From Proteromonas lacertae (Eukaryota), in NCBI GenBank assembly GCA_002245135.1, contig NGBS01000005.1, positions 186,001 through 246,378 of the forward strand: 60,378 nt of DNA, in the 5' to 3' direction. A model generated the notes under the pieces. It searched no databases, had not been told where the DNA came from, and saw only the letters and a program-made list of their open reading frames with translations. This document shows positions 40,423 through 54,495 of this stretch, one piece after another. Numbering within the stretch: position 1 is the first letter of the stretch; each line of letters begins with the position of its first letter. The translations under genes and the position numbers were made by a program.

Positions 40423-41520
40423 ATGGAATTGTCATCTATAGAGACACCTAATGATCAGAATAATAACTTTTTTCAACCTAATTGGAGGTATGCTTGTGAT
40501 ATAATATATTTAGATGTAATACTTGTGGAAAGTTATATTCATCTTCAAGATCTTTAGTAGTTCATGAAAAAATACACACGGGACAGAAAGATTTTGTATG
40601 TACTTATCCTGGATGTGGTAAAGCATTTTATGTAAAGTCTATGTTAGTAAGACACTCCCATGTTCATAGTGAAGATCGTCCAGAACATTGTCCATATAAA
40701 AACTGTACATCTACTGTGAAATCCTTCAAAACTAAGTCAGATGTAAGACAACATATAAAAAATTGGCATTCAAGTTTAAAAGTAGAAGAAAGAGAAAATA
40801 AATTAATTAAAAAAATAAATAATCTTCAAGAGCAACTGTATGCATATCGCGAAGTTCATTCTAAAGTATATATATATATATTCTTAATATTATTAATTGA
40901 ATTAGAATAAAATATTGATGGAAGAGAATAAATATCTAAAACAGTTCATTAATATATGCTCTAATTCACAATCTCTACCACAACAATTTGTATTATCAAC
41001 ACCATTACCACTACAAACAGTAATTAGTGAAGATCAGAAGAAACAAATACAATACATCTTAAATAATAACTCTATTGGAGTTAAACAACCGAAAGTACAA
41101 AATAAGAACCAGTTAAAAGTGAAGAAAGATCCGAATAAACCTAAAAAACCAATATCTGCATATTTACGATTTATAAAAGAAGTTTATAAGAAGATGGATG
41201 TATATTATTCCTTTTAATGATGTATTTATAGCCAAAAATATCATTTGTGGAAAGATCTAAGAAGATAGCAGATTTGTGGAAGGATTTACCTTCTGAACAG
41301 AAACAATATTACGAGCAAATGACTCAATTAGAAATGAAAGACTATCATATAAAGCTGGAACAGTATAATAATAGAAATAGAATAAGTATAATAAAATTTA
41401 CCTTGTTTTACATTATAATCATTAGATAAAGATGTAATCACTAATAATTGTGATATAGAATCCAATGACCTAGTACCATCTAATTTAAACAACGTTTCGT
41501 GGGAATGTGAGGAAATATAA
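40423..41520 (+). CDS. C2H2 zinc-finger (3x) plus coiled coil plus HMG-box protein
   Basis: CNTCGK...HEKIHTGQKDFVCTYPGCGKAF; KKDPNKPKKPISAYLRF...KIADLWKDL. Confidence 0.85.
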
Positions 41521-41705
41521 CACTTTTTTCTGGGATTTATGATTTTATGGTAAATAAGTTGCAATAGTCTATAAATTTAACAAATCCATTAGTTTATTAT
41601 TGTTGTATGTTGAGAAAAGAGAAAATAAAAAAAGATGTAAATTCTAGAAAGCTCGTCAAGCATAAGATCTATTGGGATTTCTTACAGAATAAAATGAAAT
41701 TCTGA

Positions 41706-42308
<603 letters not shown>

Positions 42309-42392
42309 TAGCGATTCTTAAGTTTTTTTTATTGATTCTTTATTGGGTGTTTTGTTTATACTAATTATAAAAAGAAAACATAATTAAAATTT

Positions 42393-43890
42393 CTATTTCA
42401 ATAATTGTAGTGATGGTAATTCGGTTAGAGGAAAAGGCCAATCATGAAGATTATGCACAAAATCATCCCTTTCTTTTTCAAATTGATTCAACATTGATGA
42501 TTCTATATCATCAAGCTCTGGTAGATATTGTGAAGTATCAATTGACTATAATAATATAAATATAAATATGTAATGTTATACATAATCAAAAGGATTGATT
42601 TTATATCCAATCTCTTTTTCAATCTCATCTACTTTCTTACTTTCATTACTTGAACATAATATCAATGAAATTCCATAAGAACCAAATCTTCCAGTTCTTC
42701 CAATACGATGTAAATAAGTCTCAATAGTTTTAGGTAATTCAAAATTGATCTATTTCAATAATAACAATTATTATTATATATAATTTATATACTACACAAT
42801 TTACTCTCTGTATATCAACTCCTCTTGCTGTAAGATCGGTTGATATTAATATCCTCGCTCTAAACTCTCTAAATGCAGTGAATGTATGCATTCTCTTTGA
42901 TTGTGCAAAATGACCAGCTAAATATACAGTAGGCCATCCTCTGGAGGTTAATAACTGCGTTAATTCTACAGCTTTGTCTTTATTATTAATAAATATTACA
43001 CATTGATGAAACGATACATGTGATAAGAAATACAATAGAGAATTTACTTTTAATGTAAATTTTGTAATTGTTTTGTCATGGTTTATATTAAAATTATTAT
43101 TGGATATTTCAATTCTATATTGTTTTACTCCTTCTAAGCATATATCATTCTCTAATTGATATTTAGAGAGTATTATAGAACTTGTAGTATCAAGTGATTT
43201 ATTGTTATTGCTATTATTTAAAATCGAAACGAATTGAGGATGTTTCATAAATGTCTTTATGAACACTATTAATTCTGATGTAAATGTTGCTGAAAATGCC
43301 ATTACTTGTTTTCTAGTGGGTAGTTGTGAATATATAAATGATATTATATCGGAAAATTGTTCATCAAATAGTTGGTCAGCTTCATCTAATACTAACATCT
43401 TGATTTTTGATGGATTTAAAATTCCTGAAGTTAATAGGGTTTGGATTCTTCCTGGTGTACCCACGATTACTTGACATCCTTCTCTAATATATTCTTTATG
43501 TCTTTCAAATGGGACACCTCCTACTATACATTTACACTTCAATTTATCAAAATACTTTCCTATAGTTTCTATTACATCACATGTTTGAATTGCTATTTCA
43601 CGAGTAGGGCATAATATTAAAGCTTGGGGATTATTGTCCAAATAGTCTATATTTTCTAAAATACAAACAGTGAATACGCATGTCTTTCCTGTTCCTGCCT
43701 TAGCTTGGGCTATTAAATCATTACCAAATCTACCTATTGGAATTGCTTTTAATTGTATTGGAGAGGGATTAATAAATCCAGCTTCTTGTAAACCTTTTGT
43801 AATAAGATCAGGTAAATGTAAATCTTCAAATGATAAATTTTCTGTATTTATTACATCGTTTGTTCTTTCCTTTGCCTTTACAGAATGCAT
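42393..43890 (-). CDS. DDX20: DEAD-box RNA helicase, DDX20/Gemin3-like
   Basis: PSPIQLKAIP.GRFG.DLIAQAKAGTGKT, PTREIA, DEAD, SAT, STDLTARGVD, HRIGRTGRFG. Confidence 0.8.
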
Positions 43891-43955
43891 TTTAATTTAT
43901 ATGGTTTTCGGTGTTATTCTTCAGTAAACCCACAAAAATTAAAATTTGATTTTTA

Positions 43956-44503
43956 ATGGCATTCTTCATCCCACCTCCTAGTTACGGGATGGTAGTCGAC
44001 AATATTTATAGATGTGGTTTGCCAAATGAGCTAAATTATACCTTTTTAGAACGATTAAACCTAAAGAAAATTATATATCTTGGTCCTGGCGAACCAGATA
44101 TAAAATTGTAAATTTTTTCAATATTATATGATAGTATGAACTTTGTGAAAGACCAAAATATAGAATTTGTACATTTAGGTAAAGAAACCCAAGATTCTTG
44201 GACTCCCTTGGATGAAGAAGTATACTACGTGCATTTTATGTATATTAGGTTGTATTAGAAGCACTACAGTATATTTTGAACGTAACAAACTATCCTTTAT
44301 TAATAATGGACTTATTAGGTAGACATATTACAGGTACCGTGGTTGGATGTTTAAGAAAAGTGCAGAAATGGAAATTGACTTCAATATTTCAAGAATATAG
44401 AAGATATGCTGGTTTGAAGGGTGGGCAACCAAATGAACAATTTATTGAATTGTTTGATACAGATTTAGTTCATATCCCTCCTCATCCTCCTAGTTGGCTT
44501 TAG
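43956..44503 (+). CDS. SIW14/OCA-family phosphatase-like protein lacking the catalytic Cys
   Basis: FIPPPSYGMV..IYRCG.P..LNY.FL; YPLLIMDLLGRHITGTVVGCLRK.QKW.L.SIFQEYRRYA. Confidence 0.8.
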
Positions 44504-44609
44504 TTATATAATTATTTATTTAATATTGTTTATATGGTATTATCTCTATCTTCAAAATAAAAAATTACTTTTAAAAATACATAACTAAATTAATGTAAAA
44601 CAACAAAAC

Positions 44610-45593
44610 TCATTTCTTTTTAGTTTTCTTATCAATATAACCACATTCTTCAAGTATTTCTCTAGCTGCATTATTAATATGTTTAAACCTATCAGGACCT
44701 AATAATATACCACCAAACCATCTGCTTACAACGACAAATACATTACGAGCATCAACAGTTTCAAATAATTCTGCTACTTTTCTACCAGCACCATGTTCTC
44801 CATCTTCATCATTATCTTTAATAATTATATTTCTATTTTCATCAAATATTCGGTAACATTGGATATTATGAGTTGCTCTTTTTATTTTACGATCTTGTAG
44901 TAGATAGTTTAACACGATATCTACATCTTCTACACTATGAACTGGTGCTAAATGAGCCTATAAATAACAATTCTTATTTTGTTTATATATTTATACTTGA
45001 AAAGTGCTTTTTCTATCTGTAAATGCAACACCATGAATAATGGATGCTATTAACTTATCATCATGTGTTAAACTCTCTGTTGGTTTATTTGTGTTAGGTT
45101 TTGAATAAGTATAATTACTCCAATCTATTTCTTCATCATCTTCATCGTCTTTATATTCAGATTCTGATTTGTTTGGTAAATGATCTGGATCTATTGGTTC
45201 TGGTAAAACATTCTCTCTTAACCATTCTATCCAATTATATACAACAACTTGACCTTTCTGTTCATTAAACAAATCAATCTATTCATCTTTATCATATATT
45301 ATATTATACCAATTTATCGTAAAGTGATTCAGCATAACTATCCTCCATCCATTGAGCATATAATGATAAAATTGGTGGTTCATTTATAGGATATTCTTTG
45401 GGATAATCAATTGTCATTTTTAATGGTTGGGTAACTGTATCATATGGAATTGAAATAGAGTATGATTTATTATTTCTAAGACACAGAAACAATAATTAAA
45501 TCAATACATAATATCAATATAATCTTCATAAATTGATTGTATTGCTTCTATTTCATCCTTTTGCTCTTGATCACATTGACCTAAGATGTCCAT
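44610..45593 (-). CDS. IMPACT: IMPACT/YIH1 (RWD plus UPF0029)
   Basis: EQKDEIEAIQSIY, YP.EYP..EPP, DRKSTFQAH, ATHNI, DGEHGAG and VVVSRWFGGILLGPDRFKHINN. Confidence 0.92.
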
Positions 45594-45693
45594 ATAGAAA
45601 TAAATGAAAATGAAAACAATACTTGGCTTGAAAAAAATTAGTCATACAATAGTCTTTCATTAACAATGAATAAAAATAAAAGAATTAAGATTA

Positions 45694-47698
45694 TTATATA
45701 ACTTTAACTATAATATGATTATCAGATACATTTAGCATGTACTGCACATCCTTTGAAGCAACATTCAAATCATTTACAAAATATATCAAAGAGGAGATGA
45801 TATATTCAGGTCTAGTATTCTTATGAATTATTGTAGTGCATCCTTTAGATAATATCCATCTCTTAAATTCCTCATCACTCAATGGAATTGAATAAACCTC
45901 CTCATTAGATTTGAATATAAAAGAATAAAAATCTGTAAGTTCGTTTATCTATATATATATATATGATATTGTCAATATAATAATATATTCATACAGTGAC
46001 ATATTTATCAAATAAATCAAATGATAATACTGATGATGATGTATTTGATATAATATTATCATTTTCTTCCTCTTTCTCTATAGTCTCTTCTAAATCATTA
46101 TCTATTCCAACATTCTCTTCATATTCTTTATCATTATATTCATCTTCTTCTTCCATTCTATTATCTTGTATAACATCATCTTCTTCTTCTTTTTCTTTTT
46201 CTTCTTCTCTTATTGCGAACGAATTATTATTAATATCACTGTCATTATTCCAAATATCAATCATATCTATATCATTCAAATTAATCTCATCTTTTAATAG
46301 TTTTAACTCATTCTCAGTCCAAATTGCTATATATGTATATATATAATATCAATATATATACTATTATAAACTGGATTAGATAGTAGAGGAGGAGGCGATT
46401 GTTGTTGAGATAATAATGACTGTTTGGATTTCCTTTGTTTATGTATTGATGGTTTATTGATTATTATATTATCTTCATCATCTTCATTATAACAATGTAT
46501 TTTGTCTAAGTATTCATCAGTTACCATTCCTCTATATTTATCCATTAATCTCTCTTTCTCATCACCATTGTATTGATCAAAATACTTAATAGATGGTATG
46601 AATATCTTCATTTTATATTTAGATGAACTATATAATATTATTATTAACAATAAAAATACTCTTTTCTTGTTAGTTTGGGTTTCTTCATTAATGATGATAA
46701 ATCATATAATTCATCCCACACTACTGGTATTGGTAATGTATATCGATCGTTATAATCAGATCCATTAACTATATTTGATTCACTATCATTATTATCACCT
46801 ATCATTATACTAGTAGATTCATCAATATAACCACTCTATATTTATATATATATATATATTATTATTATATACTATGTTTATTATCGAGTCTAATTGATAG
46901 TCATTATCTATATCATTAAATATATCAAACTCTTCTATATTATCTTCAATAGGTGATAAATCAACAGTTGTATCATTATTATTATTATTAGAGGAGGAAG
47001 AAGAGGTTAGTGTAATATTATGTAATGAATCTGAATCATGTAGTGATGGTATTCTATTATTGTCATTATCTTCTATTTCCATTTCATATGGATCTAATGA
47101 TAACGTACTATCATCAATCACAGTAGTATTAATAGAATCATTATTATTATTATTATTAATATATGACTTATATTTGGATGAGATATTGTTATGTATTGGT
47201 AATAAATCTATTTTTATCAAATTATTCTCTATTGGTTGATCTTGTCGCAGAATTTGAATTAGTGAGGTTTGTGTAGATTTATTAGTTGCATCATCGTCAG
47301 TTTGTATACTATGCACATCTAATACCACTGGATCGTCTGTTAATACAGAAATATAATTCATATCATCTTTTAATATGCTTTTAAAAAACTCAAATGGTGT
47401 TTTTATTCTAACATTATCTTTTCTATCATCCATTTCTTTAGCTAACAATGATATCAACTAATTTATACCAAGTTTTGTTTCTTCTTGTTTTTTCTTAGTT
47501 ACACCAACCTATTATTAATAGTATTGCAAATCTGTTATACTTCATTTACCACTTTCTTAAGATCTTTCAAGGATTTCGTCAGATCTTCTAAATGAATAGC
47601 TTATATATTATTATACTAACAGCATCTTTCACAATTAACGCTCTGTCAATAACCTGGTTATATAGAGATATATTCTTTGGAGTAGAACCTTCAGACAT
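45694..47698 (-). CDS. Hypothetical protein, acidic and low-complexity, multi-exon
   Basis: Spliced frame from MSEGSTPKN through GT-AG introns to ...HIIVKVI*; no recognised family. Confidence 0.55.
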
Positions 47699-48017
47699 TT
47701 GATAAAAAGTGATCTTCGTACTTTCATATCAAATAAACCAAATTTTTTGAATCATTTTACAATCAACCGTAGTATTGCAGTAAAACTAAATTGTAAAGAA
47801 ACGAATTTGTCATTTTAATATCATTAATTTTATTCTTTCAACTTTAGTACCTTTAATCTTTTGTATTTATACTTTTTCTGGTGTTTATAACCATAAATAT
47901 GCTTTGCATCATGATATTTCATAGTTTACACCTATTAAATATGATTTTAACTTTCTTTTAGCCTCGATTTCTTTATTTTGAGTTTTAAAGCTTAACTTGA
48001 TAAATTTAAATTGAAAT

Positions 48018-48618
48018 ATGAATTATGGAAGATTAGTTTATCAGACATCACTAATTGCCTTGCTATGCGCCATTGTATCTGAATGCCATCCTTACATCCC
48101 CAAATACGGTGTTGTTTACTGTTTTTGCTCAATATTTGTAGCATCTAAAGATGATCCAGAATGGATTAATTTGTACTTATATAGTGTAATATTTTAATAG
48201 ATTCTTGGTTGTTGGTTTTTTACTACTTGCTATGAGTGGATATACTGTTGCAAATATGTGTATGATATATTTTAATATATTTCTAGTTATTAGTAACATT
48301 GGAACAGGATATAGTAATTTCGAAGTAAGAGAGTTAGTTGGTAAATTTGCTTTTGTTGCTTACTTTGCCCTTGCTGTATTAAATCTATTTATATCTTGTA
48401 GATTTTAGTTTACATTCTGGAAGTGTTTTTATTGAAGAAAAGACATGGATCTTTTAATTTATCATCTTTATTTACTCGTATATCTTCTACTTTAGATTTA
48501 AATAGCTATTGACAATATTGGTGAAGAAGATATAGAAGAAGAACAAGAAACAAAGAAGACGAAAGAACCAGAATATGTAGAAAATAGACCAAATAAATAT
48601 CAAGCTCCTGATTTTTAG
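48018..48618 (+). CDS. Small multi-pass membrane protein, 5 exons
   Basis: Open spliced frame MNYGRLVYQ...YQAPDF* with several hydrophobic segments. Confidence 0.55.
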
Positions 48619-48691
48619 ATTAATAGTTTATATACTAACTATATATTTTTAATCATGCTAAGTAAAAAACATTATAACATATTATTATTAT

Positions 48692-49709
48692 CTATATTTT
48701 AAAATATAAATCTGATTTTATCTTCAACGAATAATAATTTATGTAGTTCCTTCTGTACATTTCTAATTGAGTCTATATAAGTGATATACAACAAAATATA
48801 AATACAATTAAAGCAGGAACTGTTGATTCTTTAGCATAACTACCTAAATCTTTAATTTGTTCATCACATACAGACTTTCTCATAACTATCTCTTTATCAA
48901 CTTTCTCTTTAATCAATTTACTAGTGACTTTATTTCCTAAATTGGAATTAACACTATTGAGTAAAAGATCTTGTTTTTCTTTCACTGTTTTAGCTAATTC
49001 ATCAGATGTACCGTATGTTTCAATTAATAGCTTATTTGTGATTTGTAATGTATTTTCTATCTCCTGTAAATTGCGCTTTCTTATTTGTTTTAATCTTTCA
49101 TATTTAGATTGAAATGGTTCTACTGAATTGTAGAGTATAAATGGAAAATTTTCTTGTGTTAATACATAGTTCAATGCTTTATCACTATTATAAATAAATA
49201 AATGCCATTATTATTATACGTTAAATTAGTAATGTTATATTCTGAAGGACATGAGGTAGCCAGTGTTGAAAATATCACAGGTACTATATGTTTGTATGTA
49301 TAAAAGAGTTATTTATACGAGTTTGAGATAAATCTGTCTGTGCAGACCAAGTATTTGAGATATAGGGACAATAGGCTAGAACACCTCTTTCATCCACCCA
49401 CGCATGACATCTAACTGGACTTAATGAAATGATTGGAGGGACATTTGGAAAGTTTGGTGGAAGATTTATTGCTATGTGTAAATTACTCACTTTTATATAT
49501 ATACTGACTTGATAAATATCATTTCCTATTTGTATCTTACATACAAATGTGTCAAAACCCGCTGCTGAACTTCCTACTTGTGTGATTCGGTTTGGACTTT
49601 GAAGAAGTAGGTTAATTTGTTGTTGTCTTCTATATAAAATAACAAAACCTAATATTTAATACAATGATAAAGTCTGTGATACTGGTCTTACACCTGTTGA
49701 TCTTAACAT
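48692..49709 (-). CDS. UEV-domain plus coiled-coil protein, VPS37A-like (ESCRT-I)
   Basis: RRQQQI..L, INLPPNFPNVPP.I...P...HAWVD..G; C-terminal helical region. Confidence 0.55.
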
Positions 49710-49773
49710 TTTAACTTTTGGGTGTTCCAAAATTTTGTTGTGATTTTGTTTTTAGCATATTTTGACTGAAACA

Positions 49774-51955
49774 ATGATTATAATAAACGATGAAATAAAA
49801 GAACGAGGGTATGATATATGTGTGTATAATGAGAAATAGATTATGTCGAAAACTGGTTGAAAATGGTAGTGGTGATATAAAAGTGAAGTGTGGAGATAAT
49901 ATAATCATATCAGTGAAATCAATACTGAGAAGTAATAACAAAATTCTAAAGAAATTAATCGACGATGAACAGTTTAGTGGTTTGTTAGAGTTATACGAAG
50001 ATTGTGAAGAAATAGGTTATTTCGAAATAGAGAAATACTACAGTGGTGGTGAAATGAACATATATAAAGAAAATGTTTGTGAAATCTTATTATTTTGTGT
50101 TTGTTATGAAGAAGAATATATCTGTGAGAAATGTTTCGAATTCATAAAGTATAACATCGATGATGATATGTTAATAAAGTTGATCGATATATCCAACCAA
50201 TTTCCTAACAGTTTAAAAGAAGTAGAAGAATTGAAATTGATGGAATTTGAGAAACGAGGTTATAAATACTTATACAACCGTATATATATATATATAAAGT
50301 GATATATATTAATGAATGAATAGGAGATTATTTGAATGTATTGGAGATGAATAATATGAGTAGTTTACTATCATTCCAAAATGTAATAATTCGAAATGAG
50401 AGTTGGTTATTAAATGAATTATTAGAGTGGTATAAATTGAAACTGAGTAATAAACATAAGAATGATGATGATTTTATATGTGAATTTAAATATCTGATAA
50501 AAGATCATTTTGATAATAAATTGATAGATGTTAATGAGTTGAAAAGAGATAATAAAGAAATATTGAAAGAATTGAATATAAAATTTAACAAAAACAAAAG
50601 TTTAAAATATATCGATTTATACAAGATAAAAGATGAAAGAATTCAAAATATAATAATCGATAACTATGAAGAAAATGAGATGATAGAATTTAGTGAAGAA
50701 AATAAAGAAATTTTAGATTCAATAGAAGATGAGAATGAGTTGAATAATGCAATCTGTTCATTACTAGAAACGAATGATATAAAAGTGATAGAGATAGTGT
50801 TAATGATAATAATATACAAAAATATAAAAATTGAAAGTATATATATATATATAATATTTTGTTTATACATAATACTATAATATAATAGAATATATCTCGA
50901 ATATTGATAAACGAAATATTCTAAGTAAACTATGTGTTGAATACAATGATAATGTATGTAATCGAATATTGAAATGTCTGAGTTTATTTGTAGAAGATCA
51001 AAAGAATCTAAACATAATCGAAGGTTTATGTGGCAAACAAATCGTTTCTATTTTAACAGGTGAAGATAAGAAAGATAAAATAATTAATGAAAAGAAAAGT
51101 AAGAAAGTAGAATCAGATACAAAAGTAGAAGAAAATACAAAGAAAAAAGTAAATAAAAGAATAAAGAAAGTAACAAATGTGAAAGAAATTACATCTTTTT
51201 CATATGGATATACACAATTTGGATATGGATTAAATGAAGATATGAAAATAATTCCATCATTTGATGGAGAAAAATGTGAATTTTCAGTAAATCCTTCTTT
51301 ACCAAATGGAATAATGATAGACAAAGAAAGTGGAGTGATTTATGGAAGAGTAGATAAACCAGTTAAAAAGAAATACTATGAAATAAGTTGTAAAAATGCT
51401 TCAAGTGAAAAGAAAATCAAAATGTTGTTAGAATTTGTTGATATTAAATTTACAAAATTATACAAAAATGAATATATTTCAATAACTAATTATGGAAAAT
51501 TAATAACTAATACTGAGAGTGGTTATAATCATTGTTATTTGAACATGAGAATGGATAAAGGGGTTTATCATTTAAAGTATAGATTGTATCAAAATGGATG
51601 TAGTTATGATGATTTGTTTATTGGATTATCAACTACAAATAAATATAATGGTGGTTCTATCTGTTGTGAAAAAATAACATGCAATTATGTAGCTTATACT
51701 GGTAGAAGTCAAGATATATTTTCTTATTGTCATATTGGAACAGTTATTAATGAAAATCCAAATTACAAAAATCATGGAGATGGTTCAATTTATGAAGTGA
51801 TAGTTGATATGAATAAAAGAGAATTTTGGATTAGTCATAATGATTCACCTCCTGTTTTACTTGTGAAAGATTTACCTTCTCCATTATATCCATACGCTAT
51901 ACCGTTCAACCAAAATACTTCAGTTGAATTATTATCAATTTCTTTTCAAAACTAA
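49774..51955 (+). CDS. BTB/BACK, putative Ig and SPRY/B30.2-like protein, copy 1
   Basis: BTB GDIKVKC...KSIL....K...Y.YSG; BACK-like IRNESWLL..LLEW; Ig FSVNPSLPNGIMIDKESGVIYG; SPRY-like VDMNKREFWI...PLYPY. Three introns. Confidence 0.75.
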
Positions 51956-52134
51956 ATCTCATTTTCTCATTCCTTGATTTTTATTGTTTTTTAGATAAAA
52001 TAATAAAACCTAATATTTAATACAATGATAAAGTCTGTGATACTGGTCTTACACCTGTTGATCTTAACATTTTAACTTTTGGGTGTTCCAAAATTTTGTT
52101 GTGATTTTGTTTTTAGCATATTTTGACTGAAACA

Positions 52135-54316
52135 ATGATTATAATAAACGATGAAATAAAAGAACGAGGGTATGATATATGTGTGTATAATGAGAAATAG
52201 ATTATGTCGAAAACTGGTTGAAAATGGTAGTGGTGATATAAAAGTGAAGTGTGGAGATAATATAATCATATCAGTGAAATCAATACTGAGAAGTAATAAC
52301 AAAATTCTAAAGAAATTAATCGACGATGAACAGTTTAGTGGTTTGTTAGAGTTATACGAAGATTGTGAAGAAATAGGTTATTTCGAAATAGAGAAATACT
52401 ACAGTGGTGGTGAAATGAACATATATAAAGAAAATGTTTGTGAAATCTTATTATTTTGTGTTTGTTATGAAGAAGAATATATCTGTGAGAAATGTTTCGA
52501 ATTCATAAAGTATAACATCGATGATGATATGTTAATAAAGTTGATCGATATATCCAACCAATTTCCTAACAGTTTAAAAGAAGTAGAAGAATTGAAATTG
52601 ATGGAATTTGAGAAACGAGGTTATAAATACTTATACAACCGTATATATATATATATAAAGTGATATATATTAATGAATGAATAGGAGATTATTTGAATGT
52701 ATTGGAGATGAATAATATGAGTAGTTTACTATCATTCCAAAATGTAATAATTCGAAATGAGAGTTGGTTATTAAATGAATTATTAGAGTGGTATAAATTG
52801 AAACTGAGTAATAAACATAAGAATGATGATGATTTTATATGTGAATTTAAATATCTGATAAAAGATCATTTTGATAATAAATTGATAGATGTTAATGAGT
52901 TGAAAAGAGATAATAAAGAAATATTGAAAGAATTGAATATAAAATTTAACAAAAACAAAAGTTTAAAATATATCGATTTATACAAGATAAAAGATGAAAG
53001 AATTCAAAATATAATAATCGATAACTATGAAGAAAATGAGATGATAGAATTTAGTGAAGAAAATAAAGAAATTTTAGATTCAATAGAAGATGAGAATGAG
53101 TTGAATAATGCAATCTGTTCATTACTAGAAACGAATGATATAAAAGTGATAGAGATAGTGTTAATGATAATAATATACAAAAATATAAAAATTGAAAGTA
53201 TATATATATATATAATATTTTGTTTATACATAATACTATAATATAATAGAATATATCTCGAATATTGATAAACGAAATATTCTAAGTAAACTATGTGTTG
53301 AATACAATGATAATGTATGTAATCGAATATTGAAATGTCTGAGTTTATTTGTAGAAGATCAAAAGAATCTAAACATAATCGAAGGTTTATGTGGCAAACA
53401 AATCGTTTCTATTTTAACAGGTGAAGATAAGAAAGATAAAATAATTAATGAAAAGAAAAGTAAGAAAGTAGAATCAGATACAAAAGTAGAAGAAAATACA
53501 AAGAAAAAAGTAAATAAAAGAATAAAGAAAGTAACAAATGTGAAAGAAATTACATCTTTTTCATATGGATATACACAATTTGGATATGGATTAAATGAAG
53601 ATATGAAAATAATTCCATCATTTGATGGAGAAAAATGTGAATTTTCAGTAAATCCTTCTTTACCAAATGGAATAATGATAGACAAAGAAAGTGGAGTGAT
53701 TTATGGAAGAGTAGATAAACCAGTTAAAAAGAAATACTATGAAATAAGTTGTAAAAATGCTTCAAGTGAAAAGAAAATCAAAATGTTGTTAGAATTTGTT
53801 GATATTAAATTTACAAAATTATACAAAAATGAATATATTTCAATAACTAATTATGGAAAATTAATAACTAATACTGAGAGTGGTTATAATCATTGTTATT
53901 TGAACATGAGAATGGATAAAGGGGTTTATCATTTAAAGTATAGATTGTATCAAAATGGATGTAGTTATGATGATTTGTTTATTGGATTATCAACTACAAA
54001 TAAATATAATGGTGGTTCTATCTGTTGTGAAAAAATAACATGCAATTATGTAGCTTATACTGGTAGAAGTCAAGATATATTTTCTTATTGTCATATTGGA
54101 ACAGTTATTAATGAAAATCCAAATTACAAAAATCATGGAGATGGTTCAATTTATGAAGTGATAGTTGATATGAATAAAAGAGAATTTTGGATTAGTCATA
54201 ATGATTCACCTCCTGTTTTACTTGTGAAAGATTTACCTTCTCCATTATATCCATACGCTATACCGTTCAACCAAAATACTTCAGTTGAATTATTATCAAT
54301 TTCTTTTCAAAACTAA
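52135..54316 (+). CDS. BTB/BACK, putative Ig and SPRY-like protein, copy 2
   Basis: Identical translation to copy 1. Confidence 0.75.
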
Positions 54317-54495
54317 ATCTCATTTTCTCATTCCTTGATTTTTATTGTTTTTTAGATAAAATAATAAAACCTAATATTTAATACAATGATAAAGTCTGTG
54401 ATACTGGTCTTACACCTGTTGATCTTAACATTTTAACTTTTGGGTGTTCCAAAATTTTGTTGTGATTTTGTTTTTAGCATATTTTGACTGAAACA

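Noticed and set aside
47442..47468. Apparent in-frame TAG in the hypothetical gene (stop readthrough or alternative code)
   Set aside because: It lies within a 27-nt GT-AG intron (GTATAAATTAG...TGTTAG) whose removal restores the frame
45694..47698. Possible kleisin (condensin H/H2) identity of the hypothetical gene
   Set aside because: Only a vague C-terminal resemblance (SSLIYFVND); the conserved N-terminal kleisin motif is absent
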